Both the position numbers and the translations under genes were made by a program. Positions 18,597 to 27,247 of a DNA stretch of 54,258 nt are shown piece by piece. The notes below the pieces were generated by a model. It was not told where the DNA came from and did not search any database. It was given only the letters and a program-made list of their open reading frames with translations. The DNA comes from Bacteroidota bacterium (lineage in GTDB: Bacteria > Bacteroidota > Rhodothermia > Rhodothermales > Rubricoccaceae), in the NCBI GenBank assembly GCA_039178415.1, contig JBCDFF010000001.1:1-54258 (forward strand), written 5' to 3'. Position 1 is the stretch's first letter. Each line of letters starts with the position of its first letter.

Positions 18597-19661
18597 CTAG
18601 TCGTTGCCGTTGAGGCGGCGGCGGGCGGCGGCGATCCGGTCTCGCGCCTCTTTCGAGAGCAGGCGGCGCACGACGCGGCGGGCGAGAGTCGGCTCGAAGG
18701 CGTCGGGTAGCGGCCAGCCCGGACGGGCGACGGGCAGGTTCCCCGGCTGGATCATCTGCATCGTATCGATGCAGAGCACTTGCTTCTGCGAGAGGTTAGC
18801 GATCTCAACGGCCTGTTTGATGTCACTCTCGATGAAGAGCCTGGCCTCGGTCTCGCGGTAGGCTTTAGCCTTGTGGGCACTGTAGGTGTTCATCCGCCGC
18901 CGCGTCGCGCCGTCCGGGTAGTCCATCATGATGAGGTGCTCGAAGGTAATACCATGCCGGCGCAGCCAGTCCTCGGTCTCGGGTCGGTACTTCTCCAACC
19001 GGTTGGTGACGATGGCCTTGACGCGGTCGGTCGGGAGATGGAGCGGGCGGGCGGTGTGGAGAAACGCTCGGTAGCGCTCGCCATCGTCGTTCTCGTGGTC
19101 GAGAGGATCGGCGCAGAGGACGCCGTCCATGTCCAGGCAGGTCCAGTGGAGGACGTGGTGGTGGAGCACGTTCCACTCGAAGCAGCGTGGATAGTGGAGC
19201 ACCTCGCAGTAGTGGTCCGGGAGATCGGTTGTGTCGGGCGTGACGTAGACCGCCCCGTACTGCACGCGGTGCGGCAACGACGCCGCCTCGACGCACCGCC
19301 GTGCCTCGCGCAGCGAACTGCCGGACCAGATGCTGTCGTCGAGTACGAGGACGTTGCGAGGCCCGTCGAGGAAGTGCTCCGCGGCCACAGCCACGGCCGA
19401 CGAGTCGACGGCGTCCTCACCCGGGGCGATGTCTTCGCGTTTCTCGGCCAGCGGGTTGACGCGTGTCTTGCCGGTGCCCATGATGCGCCCTTCGAGAAAC
19501 CCGTTGAGTTCGGCGAGCGGGAGGTTGCGGTAGAGCGCGAGAATGTTGGCCGCGAGCATCCCACTGCGCGGAATGCCCACGATAAGGTCGAGGTCGTGCG
19601 GAAGCTCTTTGGACCAGTTGATGAGTTGGTCGCTGAGCTGGGCGATGCTGCGGAAGTTCAT
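18597..19661 (-). CDS. Fusion protein: phosphoribosyltransferase (PRTase) domain + HAD-like phosphatase/nucleotidase-like domain
   Basis: N-terminal IVGIPRSGMLAAN and the PRPP-binding-type acidic loop VLVLDDSIWSGSSL. The C-terminal half starts with the HAD motif I-like CLDMDGVL and has a later ...FIESD acidic motif. Confidence 0.55.
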   Translation of the reverse strand: MNFRSIAQLSDQLINWSKELPHDLDLIVGIPRSGMLAANILALYRNLPLAELNGFLEGRIMGTGKTRVNPLAEKREDIAPGEDAVDSSAVAVAAEHFLDGPRNVLVLDDSIWSGSSLREARRCVEAASLPHRVQYGAVYVTPDTTDLPDHYCEVLHYPRCFEWNVLHHHVLHWTCLDMDGVLCADPLDHENDDGERYRAFLHTARPLHLPTDRVKAIVTNRLEKYRPETEDWLRRHGITFEHLIMMDYPDGATRRRMNTYSAHKAKAYRETEARLFIESDIKQAVEIANLSQKQVLCIDTMQMIQPGNLPVARPGWPLPDAFEPTLARRVVRRLLSKEARDRIAAARRRLNGND

Positions 19662-19676
19662 GGCATGCGTCTCGGA

Positions 19677-20621
19677 TTACGACTTGAAGGCGCGCAGGCG
19701 CTCGGCGGCGCGCAGGCCGAAGAGCTTGTAGACGAAGCTGAAGAGCGCACCGGTCCCCGTCTTCGGACCGGGCGTGTAGCCCGGCGGGACGGCGCGGCGG
19801 TGGTGGCGCATTGCGGCACCGGGGTCGAGCGGGTAGAGGTTGCGCACCTTGACGAAGATGCTGTCGAGGATGGTCTGCTCTTGGGCCGGGGTGAGCGTGC
19901 CCTGCTCCTGCAGGTAGGCGAACACGTCGGCGCAGAGGGCGAGGTAGCTCTCGCGGACGGGCGCGTCGTAGGGGCCGCTGATCGAGTCGTCGCGGATACC
20001 CTTGCGCATCACCACCTCGTCGTCAAAGGCGACGGCCCCGCCGCGCTTGAGGATGCGGAACATCAACTCGTACTCCTGGCTGCTGTGCTGCCCCTCGCGC
20101 CAGCCGCCGACGGCCTCCACGGCCTCGCGCCGGAACAGGTTGGCCGAGGTGACTCCCATCTGGCTCCACACGAGCGCCGTCCACGTCTCCTCGCCGGCCT
20201 CGCGCAGCACCTCGCGCCCGTCGTCGTAGCAGCGCAAAAAGGTCCCGGCCACAATGTCAGCCTCGGTCTCTTGGGCGAGGGCTACGTGGCGCTCGGTCTT
20301 GGTCGGCACGAGGAGGTCGTCGGCGTCGAGAAACTGGACGAAGGTGCCCTTTGCCTCGGCAAACCCGGCGTTGCGGGCGGCGGGGGCTCCACTGTGTGGC
20401 CCTTCGAGGACGCGGATGCGCTCCGGGTGCTCGGCTTCGAGCCGGCGCAACATCTCGGGCGTGCCGTCGGCCGACCCGTCGTCCACGCAGATGATCTCAA
20501 TGCGCTCGTACGTCTGCGCGAGGACGGACGCTACGGTAGCCTCGACGTAGTCCCGCACGTTGTAGCACGGGATCACGACGGAGACGAGCGGATCGGTAGC
20601 GGGTGCGGGGTCCGGCAGCAT
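19677..20621 (-). CDS. Glycosyltransferase family 2 (tandem paralog A)
   Basis: MLPDPAPATDPLVSVVIPCYNVRDYVEATVASVLAQTY...IICVDDGSADGT...FLDADD. The long upstream extension of ORF 19677-21779 is rejected. Confidence 0.85.
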   Translation of the reverse strand: MLPDPAPATDPLVSVVIPCYNVRDYVEATVASVLAQTYERIEIICVDDGSADGTPEMLRRLEAEHPERIRVLEGPHSGAPAARNAGFAEAKGTFVQFLDADDLLVPTKTERHVALAQETEADIVAGTFLRCYDDGREVLREAGEETWTALVWSQMGVTSANLFRREAVEAVGGWREGQHSSQEYELMFRILKRGGAVAFDDEVVMRKGIRDDSISGPYDAPVRESYLALCADVFAYLQEQGTLTPAQEQTILDSIFVKVRNLYPLDPGAAMRHHRRAVPPGYTPGPKTGTGALFSFVYKLFGLRAAERLRAFKS

Positions 20622-20629
20622 CGGAGGCG

Positions 20630-21595
20630 TCAGGACGAGGGCTTGAGGGTGAGGGCGGGGCGGCGGCCGAGCAGCTCGCGCACCTTCTCGGCGGCGGCGA
20701 AGCCGAGGAGTCGGTAGGTGAGCACGTAGAGCGCCGAGTTCTTGCCGCCGCTCGGCGGGACGTACCCGCGCGGGATGATGCGGTCGTGGTAGGCGCGGGC
20801 CGTGTCCGGGCTCAGTGGGTAGAGCTTGCGGATCTGGTAGAATACCGCCCCCAGCACCGCGTCCCGGCGGGTGCCGGAGAGCAGGCGCTGCTCCTGGAGA
20901 TAATCCACGATGTCTGCACGAAGCTGGATGTGCCGCTCGCGCACCGACGGGTCGCGCCAGTTGCTGACGGAGTCCGGGCGGTCCTGGAGGACGGCCAGCG
21001 GCGTCTCGTCGAAGGCGAGGTGGGCACCGCGCTTGAGCATGCGGAACATCAGCTCGTACTCCTGGCTGCTGCGCTGGGCTTCGTTCCACGCGCCGGCCTC
21101 CAGCACGGCCTCGCGCCGCCAGAGGTTGGCCGAAGTGATGCCGGCGCGCCCGTTGATGAGGCTGATCCACGGGTCGCCCACCTCGACCGGCCGCAGCCAC
21201 GGTCCTTTGTCGACGAGGTGGCGGTGGTAGCTCGCCGCGATGATGTCGGCCCCGGTCTCCCCAGCGCGGCCGACGTGGTGTTCGAGCTTCGTCGGCTTCA
21301 GCAGGTCGTCGGCGTCGAGGAACTGGACGAAGGTGCCGGTGGCGGCGTAGAGGCCGGCGTTGCGGGCGGCGGGGGCTCCGCTGTGCGGCCCCTCGATGAC
21401 GCGCACCTGATCGGGGTTCGCCGCGCGCAGCCGGTCGAGGACGGCCCGCGTTTCGTCCTTCGATCCGTCGTCGACGCAGATGATCTCCAGCGGCGGGTGC
21501 GTCTGCTCCAGTGCCGAGTCCACTGCGTCCTCGACGAAGTCGGCGACGTTGTAGCACGGGATGACGACGGAGACGGTGGGCGTGCCGGGCGTCAT
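20630..21595 (-). CDS. Glycosyltransferase family 2 (tandem paralog B)
   Basis: MTPGTPTVSVVIPCYNVADFVEDAVDSALEQTH...IICVDDGSKDET...FLDADD. Colinear similarity to 19677-20621 runs through the C-terminal SSQEYELMFR(I/M)LKRG motif. Confidence 0.85.
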   Translation of the reverse strand: MTPGTPTVSVVIPCYNVADFVEDAVDSALEQTHPPLEIICVDDGSKDETRAVLDRLRAANPDQVRVIEGPHSGAPAARNAGLYAATGTFVQFLDADDLLKPTKLEHHVGRAGETGADIIAASYHRHLVDKGPWLRPVEVGDPWISLINGRAGITSANLWRREAVLEAGAWNEAQRSSQEYELMFRMLKRGAHLAFDETPLAVLQDRPDSVSNWRDPSVRERHIQLRADIVDYLQEQRLLSGTRRDAVLGAVFYQIRKLYPLSPDTARAYHDRIIPRGYVPPSGGKNSALYVLTYRLLGFAAAEKVRELLGRRPALTLKPSS

Positions 21596-22542
21596 AGGGC
21601 CACCTCGCGGGACGCGGCTGTGCGGGGTACGGCCTCGCCGGCCTCGCGCCCCGCGAGGTAGCCAGCGAGGACGCCAAGGTGCTTCTTGAGCGCCGCCCGC
21701 TCGCCGAACTGCGCTTGCCGGTTCCGAAGTACCGCGTGGGCGCTCCACCGGGCGGCGGCGAGCGCGCTGCGGGCGGCATACTCCGCGACCGTCAGCAGAC
21801 GGCGGCGTGCGGCCTCCGTGCGAAGCCGGTTGCCCTTTTCGAGGCCTGCCCGGTACTTCCGGTGGAGCGCCCACGCAGGCGAGCACCGCGCGCGCGGCAC
21901 GTAGTGCCACACCCGCGCGCCGGGTACCTTGATCTGCTCGGTGCCGCGTCGGCGCAAGAGTCGCTGCATGGATGATTCCTGGCCGCTCGCGCCCGTCGGG
22001 GAGCCGGGGCCGTGGTTGGGGTCGAAGCCGCCTGCCTCCTGGATATCGTCGGCGAAGGCGGCCCAGTTGAATCCGAGGAAGTAGTCCGGGCGCGGCCAGT
22101 CGTCGAACTCGACGCCGCGCGCGGAGAAAGGGAAGTGGGGGCGCAGCCAGTCGGGCGGCGCTTCTTCGTAGTCGATGCTGAACGGGCCGCCGAAGAACGC
22201 GCCGCGCTCGCGCCCTGCGGCGGCGGCGTCGTAGGCATCGAGAATGTCCGGCGCGAGGCGGACGTCGTCGTCGAAGAACACGACGAGGCCGGGGGCTACC
22301 GTCTCCAGCGCTTCGTTGAGCGCGTGGCTCTTGTTGGCGCGCTCGACGTAGAGGTAGCGCACGCGCTCGCCGGCAGGCCGCGCCGCGACGAGGGCTTCGG
22401 CCCCTTCCTGCGGACCGTTCTCCACGACGACCGTCTCGCGGTAGATCGTCGGTTTGGGGCAGGCCGCGAGCGAATCGAGCGTGCGCTCCAGGAGCGTCGC
22501 CCGCCCGTGCGTCGGGATCAGGACGGTCAGCGCGGCAGCCAT
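21592..22542 (-). CDS. Glycosyltransferase family 2-like
   Basis: MAAALTVLIPTHGRATLLERTLDSL...VVFFDDDV (DxD). The ATG at 22540-22542 overlaps the upstream gene by 16 nt. Confidence 0.75.
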   Translation of the reverse strand: MAAALTVLIPTHGRATLLERTLDSLAACPKPTIYRETVVVENGPQEGAEALVAARPAGERVRYLYVERANKSHALNEALETVAPGLVVFFDDDVRLAPDILDAYDAAAAGRERGAFFGGPFSIDYEEAPPDWLRPHFPFSARGVEFDDWPRPDYFLGFNWAAFADDIQEAGGFDPNHGPGSPTGASGQESSMQRLLRRRGTEQIKVPGARVWHYVPRARCSPAWALHRKYRAGLEKGNRLRTEAARRRLLTVAEYAARSALAAARWSAHAVLRNRQAQFGERAALKKHLGVLAGYLAGREAGEAVPRTAASREVAL

Positions 22543-23342
22543 GACCCGTGGGTGTCGATCCGGTTCAGCGCTGCCTCGTAGACCTGGAGGTTCGGGGCGC
22601 ACAGCGCCCGGATGCGCTCCATCAGTTCGGGACTTATTTCTTCCTGCTGCTGCCCCGCCGTGCGCGGGTTCGCGTTCCGGTGCCCGATGTCGAGCGATAC
22701 CCCGAAGTAGCGCTCGCAGTCGGACGCGAACGTGCCGAGGTGCTCCAACACGCCGGCCACGGCGAAGCGCTCGAGGTTGGCGACGGCCTGCCCGATGGCC
22801 TCGTCGGAGGACGCCTCGCTGATGAGCCGCGTGGTGCTCAGGCTCGTGACGTAATTCCCCCCGTAGAAGCGCGCGCGGTCCGTCTCGACGAACGCCTCCA
22901 GCGGCTCGTCGATGCGGTAGTGGTCCGTGTTGGTCTTGTAGCGGTTGTAGAAGTAGTTCGAGAGCCACCGGGCAACGGGCTCGCGGAGCACCGTCACGTA
23001 GCGCCACGCGTCGCCGAAGGTGTCCCACGCCGCCGCGCTGTAGTTGAAGTGCCCCGAGATGTAGCGGTGGTGCCCCGCCATGAAGTAGAGGAGCACCTGC
23101 TCTTTGTGCCTCCGAAGCCCGTCGCCGGAGAGGTCGGCTGCGCGCGCCGCCGCGTGCGGGTCCAGGTGGACGGCCCCGGCCCCGGCTGCCCGGTACGCCC
23201 GCTCCAGCGCGGTGTTGATCGAGGTGCCGCCGCACTTAGGGACGTGCAGAAAGAACAGGCGCTCCAGGTCTATCGCCGGCCGGGCCGGCCGCGGGCGGAC
23301 CTTCCGGTAGAGCGAGCGGAGGATGGAGGTAGCAGGCGTCAT
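22527..23342 (-). CDS. Sulfotransferase (Sulfotransfer_2-like), tandem copy 1 of 3
   Basis: FFLHVPKCGGTSINTAL (PAPS 5'-phosphosulfate loop) and YVTVLREPVARWLSNYFY (3'-phosphate motif). The ATG overlaps the stop of copy 2 (ATGA). Confidence 0.75.
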   Translation of the reverse strand: MTPATSILRSLYRKVRPRPARPAIDLERLFFLHVPKCGGTSINTALERAYRAAGAGAVHLDPHAAARAADLSGDGLRRHKEQVLLYFMAGHHRYISGHFNYSAAAWDTFGDAWRYVTVLREPVARWLSNYFYNRYKTNTDHYRIDEPLEAFVETDRARFYGGNYVTSLSTTRLISEASSDEAIGQAVANLERFAVAGVLEHLGTFASDCERYFGVSLDIGHRNANPRTAGQQQEEISPELMERIRALCAPNLQVYEAALNRIDTHGSWLPR

Positions 23343-24142
23343 CGCAGCCAGGAGCCCCGACGTTCGATGCGGTCGCGGACGGCGTCGTAGACCCGGCGGT
23401 TGGGCGCGCACAGCGCCTCGACGCGCGCCATCACCTCCGGGCTGAGTTCTTCGCGCTGCTGCCCCGCCCCGCGCGGGTTCTTGTTCCGGTGCGCGATCTC
23501 GACCGGCAGCCCGAAGCGCGCCCGGCAGTCGGCGGCGAAGGTGTCGAGGTCTTCGAGCACGCCGACGACGGCGAAGCGCTCGACGTTGGCGATGGCCTGC
23601 TCGACGGCCGCGTCCGTCGCAGCCTCGGCCAGCGGGATGCCACCGGCCAGGTTCATGACATAGCTCCGGCCGTACGCCACCGCGCGGTCGGTCTCGATAA
23701 ACTCCTCCAGGGGTGCTTCGATGCGGTAGTGGTCCTTCGCCTTGTACTTGTTGTAGAAATAGTTCGAGATCCACCGGGCGACGGGCTCGCGCAGGATCGA
23801 GACGTACTGCCACGCGTCGCCGAAGGCGTCCCAGGCGGCGGGGCTGTGGTTGAAGTGGCCCGAGATGTAGCGCGTGAACTGCCCGGCCATGTAGTAGACG
23901 AGCAGCCGCTCCCGGTAGGTCTCGACGTCGTCGCCCATCGCCTCGGCGGCCCGCACCGAGGCTTTGGCGTCGAGGTGGGCAATCGGAGCCCGGGCCGCGC
24001 GGTAGGCCTGCTGCAGCGCCGTGTCCACCGACGAGCCGCCGCACTTGGGGACGTGCAGGAAGAAGATTTTCTCTTCCGGCGCGGGCGGCGCGGGCTGCGG
24101 GCGCACCCGCCGGTAGGCGCGTTGCAGGAGCGAAGTCGGCAT
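23339..24142 (-). CDS. Sulfotransferase (Sulfotransfer_2-like), tandem copy 2 of 3
   Basis: FFLHVPKCGGSSVDTAL and YVSILREPVARWISNYFY. ATGA overlap with copy 3. Confidence 0.75.
   Translation of the reverse strand: MPTSLLQRAYRRVRPQPAPPAPEEKIFFLHVPKCGGSSVDTALQQAYRAARAPIAHLDAKASVRAAEAMGDDVETYRERLLVYYMAGQFTRYISGHFNHSPAAWDAFGDAWQYVSILREPVARWISNYFYNKYKAKDHYRIEAPLEEFIETDRAVAYGRSYVMNLAGGIPLAEAATDAAVEQAIANVERFAVVGVLEDLDTFAADCRARFGLPVEIAHRNKNPRGAGQQREELSPEVMARVEALCAPNRRVYDAVRDRIERRGSWLR
23347..23609. repeat. Near-identical segment shared with 24201-24463 (constant offset 854 nt)
   Basis: By direct comparison, an 84-nt run (23347-23430) and a 108-nt run (23483-23590) are identical to the partner. They are separated by a diverged patch of about 52 nt. 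Confidence 0.85.
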
Positions 24143-25005
24143 CAGCGGTCTCGGTGCGGTCCGGTGGCGGGTGGCGTGCTGACGGGTGGCGTGCTGGCGA
24201 GCCAGGAGCCCCGACGTTCGATGCGGTCGCGGACGGCGTCGTAGACCCGGCGGTTGGGCGCGCACAGCGCCTCGACGCGCGCCACCATCTCCGGGCTGAG
24301 CTCCTCGCGCTGCTCAGCGGCCGCGCGCGGGTTGCGGTTCCGGTGCGCGATCTCGACCGGCAGCCCGAAGCGCGCCCGGCAGTCGGCGGCGAAGGTGTCG
24401 AGGTCTTCGAGCACGCCGACGACGGCGAAGCGCTCGACGTTGGCAATGGCCTGCTCGACGGCCTCGTCGCTCCCGGCCTCCTCCAGCGAGATGCCGTCCG
24501 TGAGCCACGTCACGTAGCTCCGGGCGTAGGCGAGGGCGCGCTCGGATTCTACAAACTCCTCAATCGGCTCGTCGATCTTGAAGTGGTGGTCGCCCTTGTA
24601 CTTGTTGAAAAAGTAGTTCGAGACCCAGCGCTTGACCGGCTCGCGGAGGACGGTCACGTACTGCCACGCGTCGCCGAAGGCGTCCCACGCGGGGGCGCTG
24701 TACATGAAGTGGCCCGAGATGTAGCGGGAGTGCTTCGCCGCCATGTGGTAGTGCAGAATCTCGCGGCGGAGCGCGTGGAGGTCCGCCCCGGCTGCCTCCG
24801 CTGCGCGTGCCGAGGCGTGCGAATCGAGGTGGGCGATGGACGCCCCGGCGGCGCGGTACCCCTGCTGGAGCGCCGCGTCAATCGACTGCCCGCCGCACTT
24901 GGGAAGGTGCAGGAAGAAGAGCCGGTCCGGCAGAGGCTTCTGCTGGCGCGGGCGCACCGTGCGGTAGGCCTTGCGCAGCATCGCGGTCGGGGAGGGCACT
25001 GCCAT
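24142..25005 (-). CDS. Sulfotransferase (Sulfotransfer_2-like), tandem copy 3 of 3
   Basis: FFLHLPKCGGQSIDAAL and YVTVLREPVKRWVSNYFF. C-terminal extension STPPVSTPPATGPHRDR. ATGA overlap with the upstream GT. Confidence 0.75.
   Translation of the reverse strand: MAVPSPTAMLRKAYRTVRPRQQKPLPDRLFFLHLPKCGGQSIDAALQQGYRAAGASIAHLDSHASARAAEAAGADLHALRREILHYHMAAKHSRYISGHFMYSAPAWDAFGDAWQYVTVLREPVKRWVSNYFFNKYKGDHHFKIDEPIEEFVESERALAYARSYVTWLTDGISLEEAGSDEAVEQAIANVERFAVVGVLEDLDTFAADCRARFGLPVEIAHRNRNPRAAAEQREELSPEMVARVEALCAPNRRVYDAVRDRIERRGSWLASTPPVSTPPATGPHRDR
24169..24198. repeat. 15-nt tandem duplication (gggtggcgtgctgac / gggtggcgtgctggc)
   Basis: Read directly. On the minus strand it encodes STPPA/STPPV at the extended C-terminus of sulfotransferase copy 3. 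Confidence 0.8.
24201..24463. repeat. Partner of repeat 23347-23609
   Basis: Same comparison. Covers the 3' third of sulfotransferase copy 3. Confidence 0.85.
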
Positions 25006-26105
25006 CAGGTCACAGGCTGCGCGTCGGGGCGCGGTTGCCGGGCGGGCGCGGTGCCTTGCCACTGCCGGAGTACGGCCCCGAGGTCCAGGACACACTTGTC
25101 CCAGTCGTACTTCGCGGCTTCGGCGCGGGCGGCGGCTGCGCGCTCGGCGCGAGGCCGGGCGAGGTAGGCGCGCACCGCATCGACGAGGGCTTGGGGGTTC
25201 TCGCGCTCGATGATCATGCCGGCGTCCGAGTCGGCGGGGATGATCTCGCGGAAGAACTCGAGGTCGGAGGCGATGACGCCGCAGCCGTGACTCCACGCCA
25301 GCAGGAGCGTGCCGCTGCCGGTGATCTGCCGGAACGGAAGCCAGATCGCCTCGCTGACCGAGAGGATGTCGATCATCTCCTGGTCCGAGATCATGCGCGG
25401 CAAGTAGCTGAACGACGGGAGGCGCTCGGCGTGCTCTTCGAGGAAGGCCGTCTCGAACCCCGCGTGTGGCTTGCCGGCGACGACGAGGTGAACGGCCGAC
25501 GGGCCGAGGTCATCGGTGAGCTGCGCGATGGCCTCGCACGAGATGTCCAGCCCTTTGTACTCGCGCATCCGCCCGAGGCAGCAGAAGACCGCGTGGTCCT
25601 CGGTCAGCCCGAGGTCGCCGAGCACCTCGGCGCGCGGGCGCGGGGCTGGGTAGTACCCCCCGTAGTTGCCGTGCGGCATCACGACAACCGGCGCGCTCGG
25701 CTTGAAGCGGTCCCGGACCCACTCGACCATCGGCAGGCGGTGAACGATCAGCAGGTCGCTGCTCCGGGCCAGCAGTTGCAGCGCCAGCCGGTCCAGCGTG
25801 CCGTCCTCCTCGAAGAGGTCGAAGTTGTGGACCGTCCAGATGACCTTGACGCCCCGGAGGCGCGCCGCCTTCAGCATCAGCCAGAGCTTGAGGATGTTCT
25901 TCCGCTTCGGCTTGTTGCCGCTCCAGAGCATCTCGGGCCAGTGGAAGTGCAGCACGTCGCCCGGCCCCAGCGTGCTAAGCACCCAGCGCGGGGAGAACAC
26001 GAACCCCGCGTCGTGCTCCACGCCGTACGGCTCGAGCGCCTCGTAGAAAAGCTGGAGGTAGGGGTTGCGGCTGGTCCCCGGGTAGCTGAAGAGTCGGAGC
26101 GACAT
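25005..26105 (-). CDS. GT-B glycosyltransferase (group-1-like)
   Basis: MSLRLFSYPGTSRNPYLQLFYEALEPYGV...VLHFHWPE...IWTVHNF, the N-terminal pattern seen in group-1 GTs of O-antigen loci. C-terminal ...IWLPFRQITGSGTLLLAWSHGCGVIASD. Confidence 0.65.
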   Translation of the reverse strand: MSLRLFSYPGTSRNPYLQLFYEALEPYGVEHDAGFVFSPRWVLSTLGPGDVLHFHWPEMLWSGNKPKRKNILKLWLMLKAARLRGVKVIWTVHNFDLFEEDGTLDRLALQLLARSSDLLIVHRLPMVEWVRDRFKPSAPVVVMPHGNYGGYYPAPRPRAEVLGDLGLTEDHAVFCCLGRMREYKGLDISCEAIAQLTDDLGPSAVHLVVAGKPHAGFETAFLEEHAERLPSFSYLPRMISDQEMIDILSVSEAIWLPFRQITGSGTLLLAWSHGCGVIASDLEFFREIIPADSDAGMIIERENPQALVDAVRAYLARPRAERAAAARAEAAKYDWDKCVLDLGAVLRQWQGTAPARQPRPDAQPVT

Positions 26106-26159
26106 GAGAGTGAAAAGGTGTAGAGCGTGGGTAGAGTGTGACCGCGCTAAGAGAACAGG

Positions 26160-27242
26160 TTAGGCTCTGGCTACTTTGCGCTTTAGCCGTGCTCCTACTT
26201 CTCGCAGGACAGACCGGGGTTCCACGCGCCACAGCATGTTCATGATCGCGAGGTAGCTCGCGGCCGACGCCGGGCGCGCCCGCTCGGCGAGCTGAAGCAG
26301 CTTGCCCGCCGCGTCTCGGCGGACGAGCGGTGCCGAGGCTGCGTCGAGGGCGAAGCGCCGGGTGTACGCATCGTACAGGTCCCGGACGAGTCGGGCAGCG
26401 GCTTCGAGGTGCGCCGGCGACGTGTCGGGGGGCTCGATGCCGGGAACGCTCCCGCGCTGCACGAGCTGCCGCACGAGGGCGACCTCGTTGAGGGGCACCT
26501 TGCGTTCCAGCAGGCGCTCGTGGGCCTGCTGCATCGTCTCGATGACGGTGCGCTCCTGCCGCTCGGCGTGCTGCGCGCCGATCGTGCCGTCGTGCTTGCG
26601 GCGCGTCAGGAGGGCATCGGGCAGATTGGCAATCCGGGTGACGAAGCGCGCGCGCGTCCACAGCTCGTAGTCCTCGGCGTGGAGCGCCTCTTTCCGGTAG
26701 AGGCCCTGCCCGTCGTCGAGCGCGTCCAGCACCTCGCGCCGCATGAGGACCGTCGGGTGGCAGATGTTCGTCTTGAAGAGCAGGTTCCAGCCGTTCATGC
26801 CCGGCGGTGCCCAGCGTGGCCACGCGCCGCCGGTTAGCTCTCCGTCCGCGTCGCTGTAGGCCGCCACGGTGCCGAGGATGCCGACCTCGGGGTGCGCCTT
26901 CAGAAAGGCCACCTGCTGATCGAAGCGCTCGGGGTGGCTGACGTCGTCGTCGTCCATGCGCGCAATCAGCCCGCCCCGCGCCTCGGACACCCCCCGGTTC
27001 AGCGACGCGATCAGCCCCCGGTTCGCCTGCGAGAGCACCCGCACCCGCGCGTCGCGGGCGGCGTAGGCGGCGAGGATCTCCGGCGTGGCGTCGGTCGAGC
27101 CGTCGTCGATGCAGAGGAGTTCGAAGTCGGTGAAGGTCTGGTCGAGGATGCTGTCGACGGCTTGGCGGAGGTAGCGCTCGCCGTTGTAGACCGCCATCAC
27201 CACGCTGATGGTTGGGTCTTCGATGGGTGGGGGTTCGGGCAT
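26160..27242 (-). CDS. Glycosyltransferase family 2 (paralog 1 of pair)
   Basis: MPEPPPIEDPTISVVMAVYNGERYLRQAVDSILDQTFTDFELLCIDDGSTDAT...ARMDDDDVSHPERF. Confidence 0.85.
   Translation of the reverse strand: MPEPPPIEDPTISVVMAVYNGERYLRQAVDSILDQTFTDFELLCIDDGSTDATPEILAAYAARDARVRVLSQANRGLIASLNRGVSEARGGLIARMDDDDVSHPERFDQQVAFLKAHPEVGILGTVAAYSDADGELTGGAWPRWAPPGMNGWNLLFKTNICHPTVLMRREVLDALDDGQGLYRKEALHAEDYELWTRARFVTRIANLPDALLTRRKHDGTIGAQHAERQERTVIETMQQAHERLLERKVPLNEVALVRQLVQRGSVPGIEPPDTSPAHLEAAARLVRDLYDAYTRRFALDAASAPLVRRDAAGKLLQLAERARPASAASYLAIMNMLWRVEPRSVLREVGARLKRKVARA
26921..27208. repeat. Near-identical ~288-bp segment shared with 27994-28281 (offset 1073 nt)
   Basis: Direct comparison: more than 100 nt are perfectly identical from 26921, then only scattered mismatches plus one diverged patch of about 35 nt. 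Covers the GT-A nucleotide-binding N-terminal domain of both GT2 paralogs. Confidence 0.85.
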
Positions 27243-27247
27243 CGGGC

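Noticed and set aside
18780-20717. 645-aa ORF on the plus strand
   Set aside because: It lies antisense to three well-supported minus-strand genes (PRTase-HAD, GT2). Its composition is dominated by Arg/Ala/Gly/Val/Glu, as expected for shadow ORFs in ~70% GC DNA, and it has no recognisable motifs.
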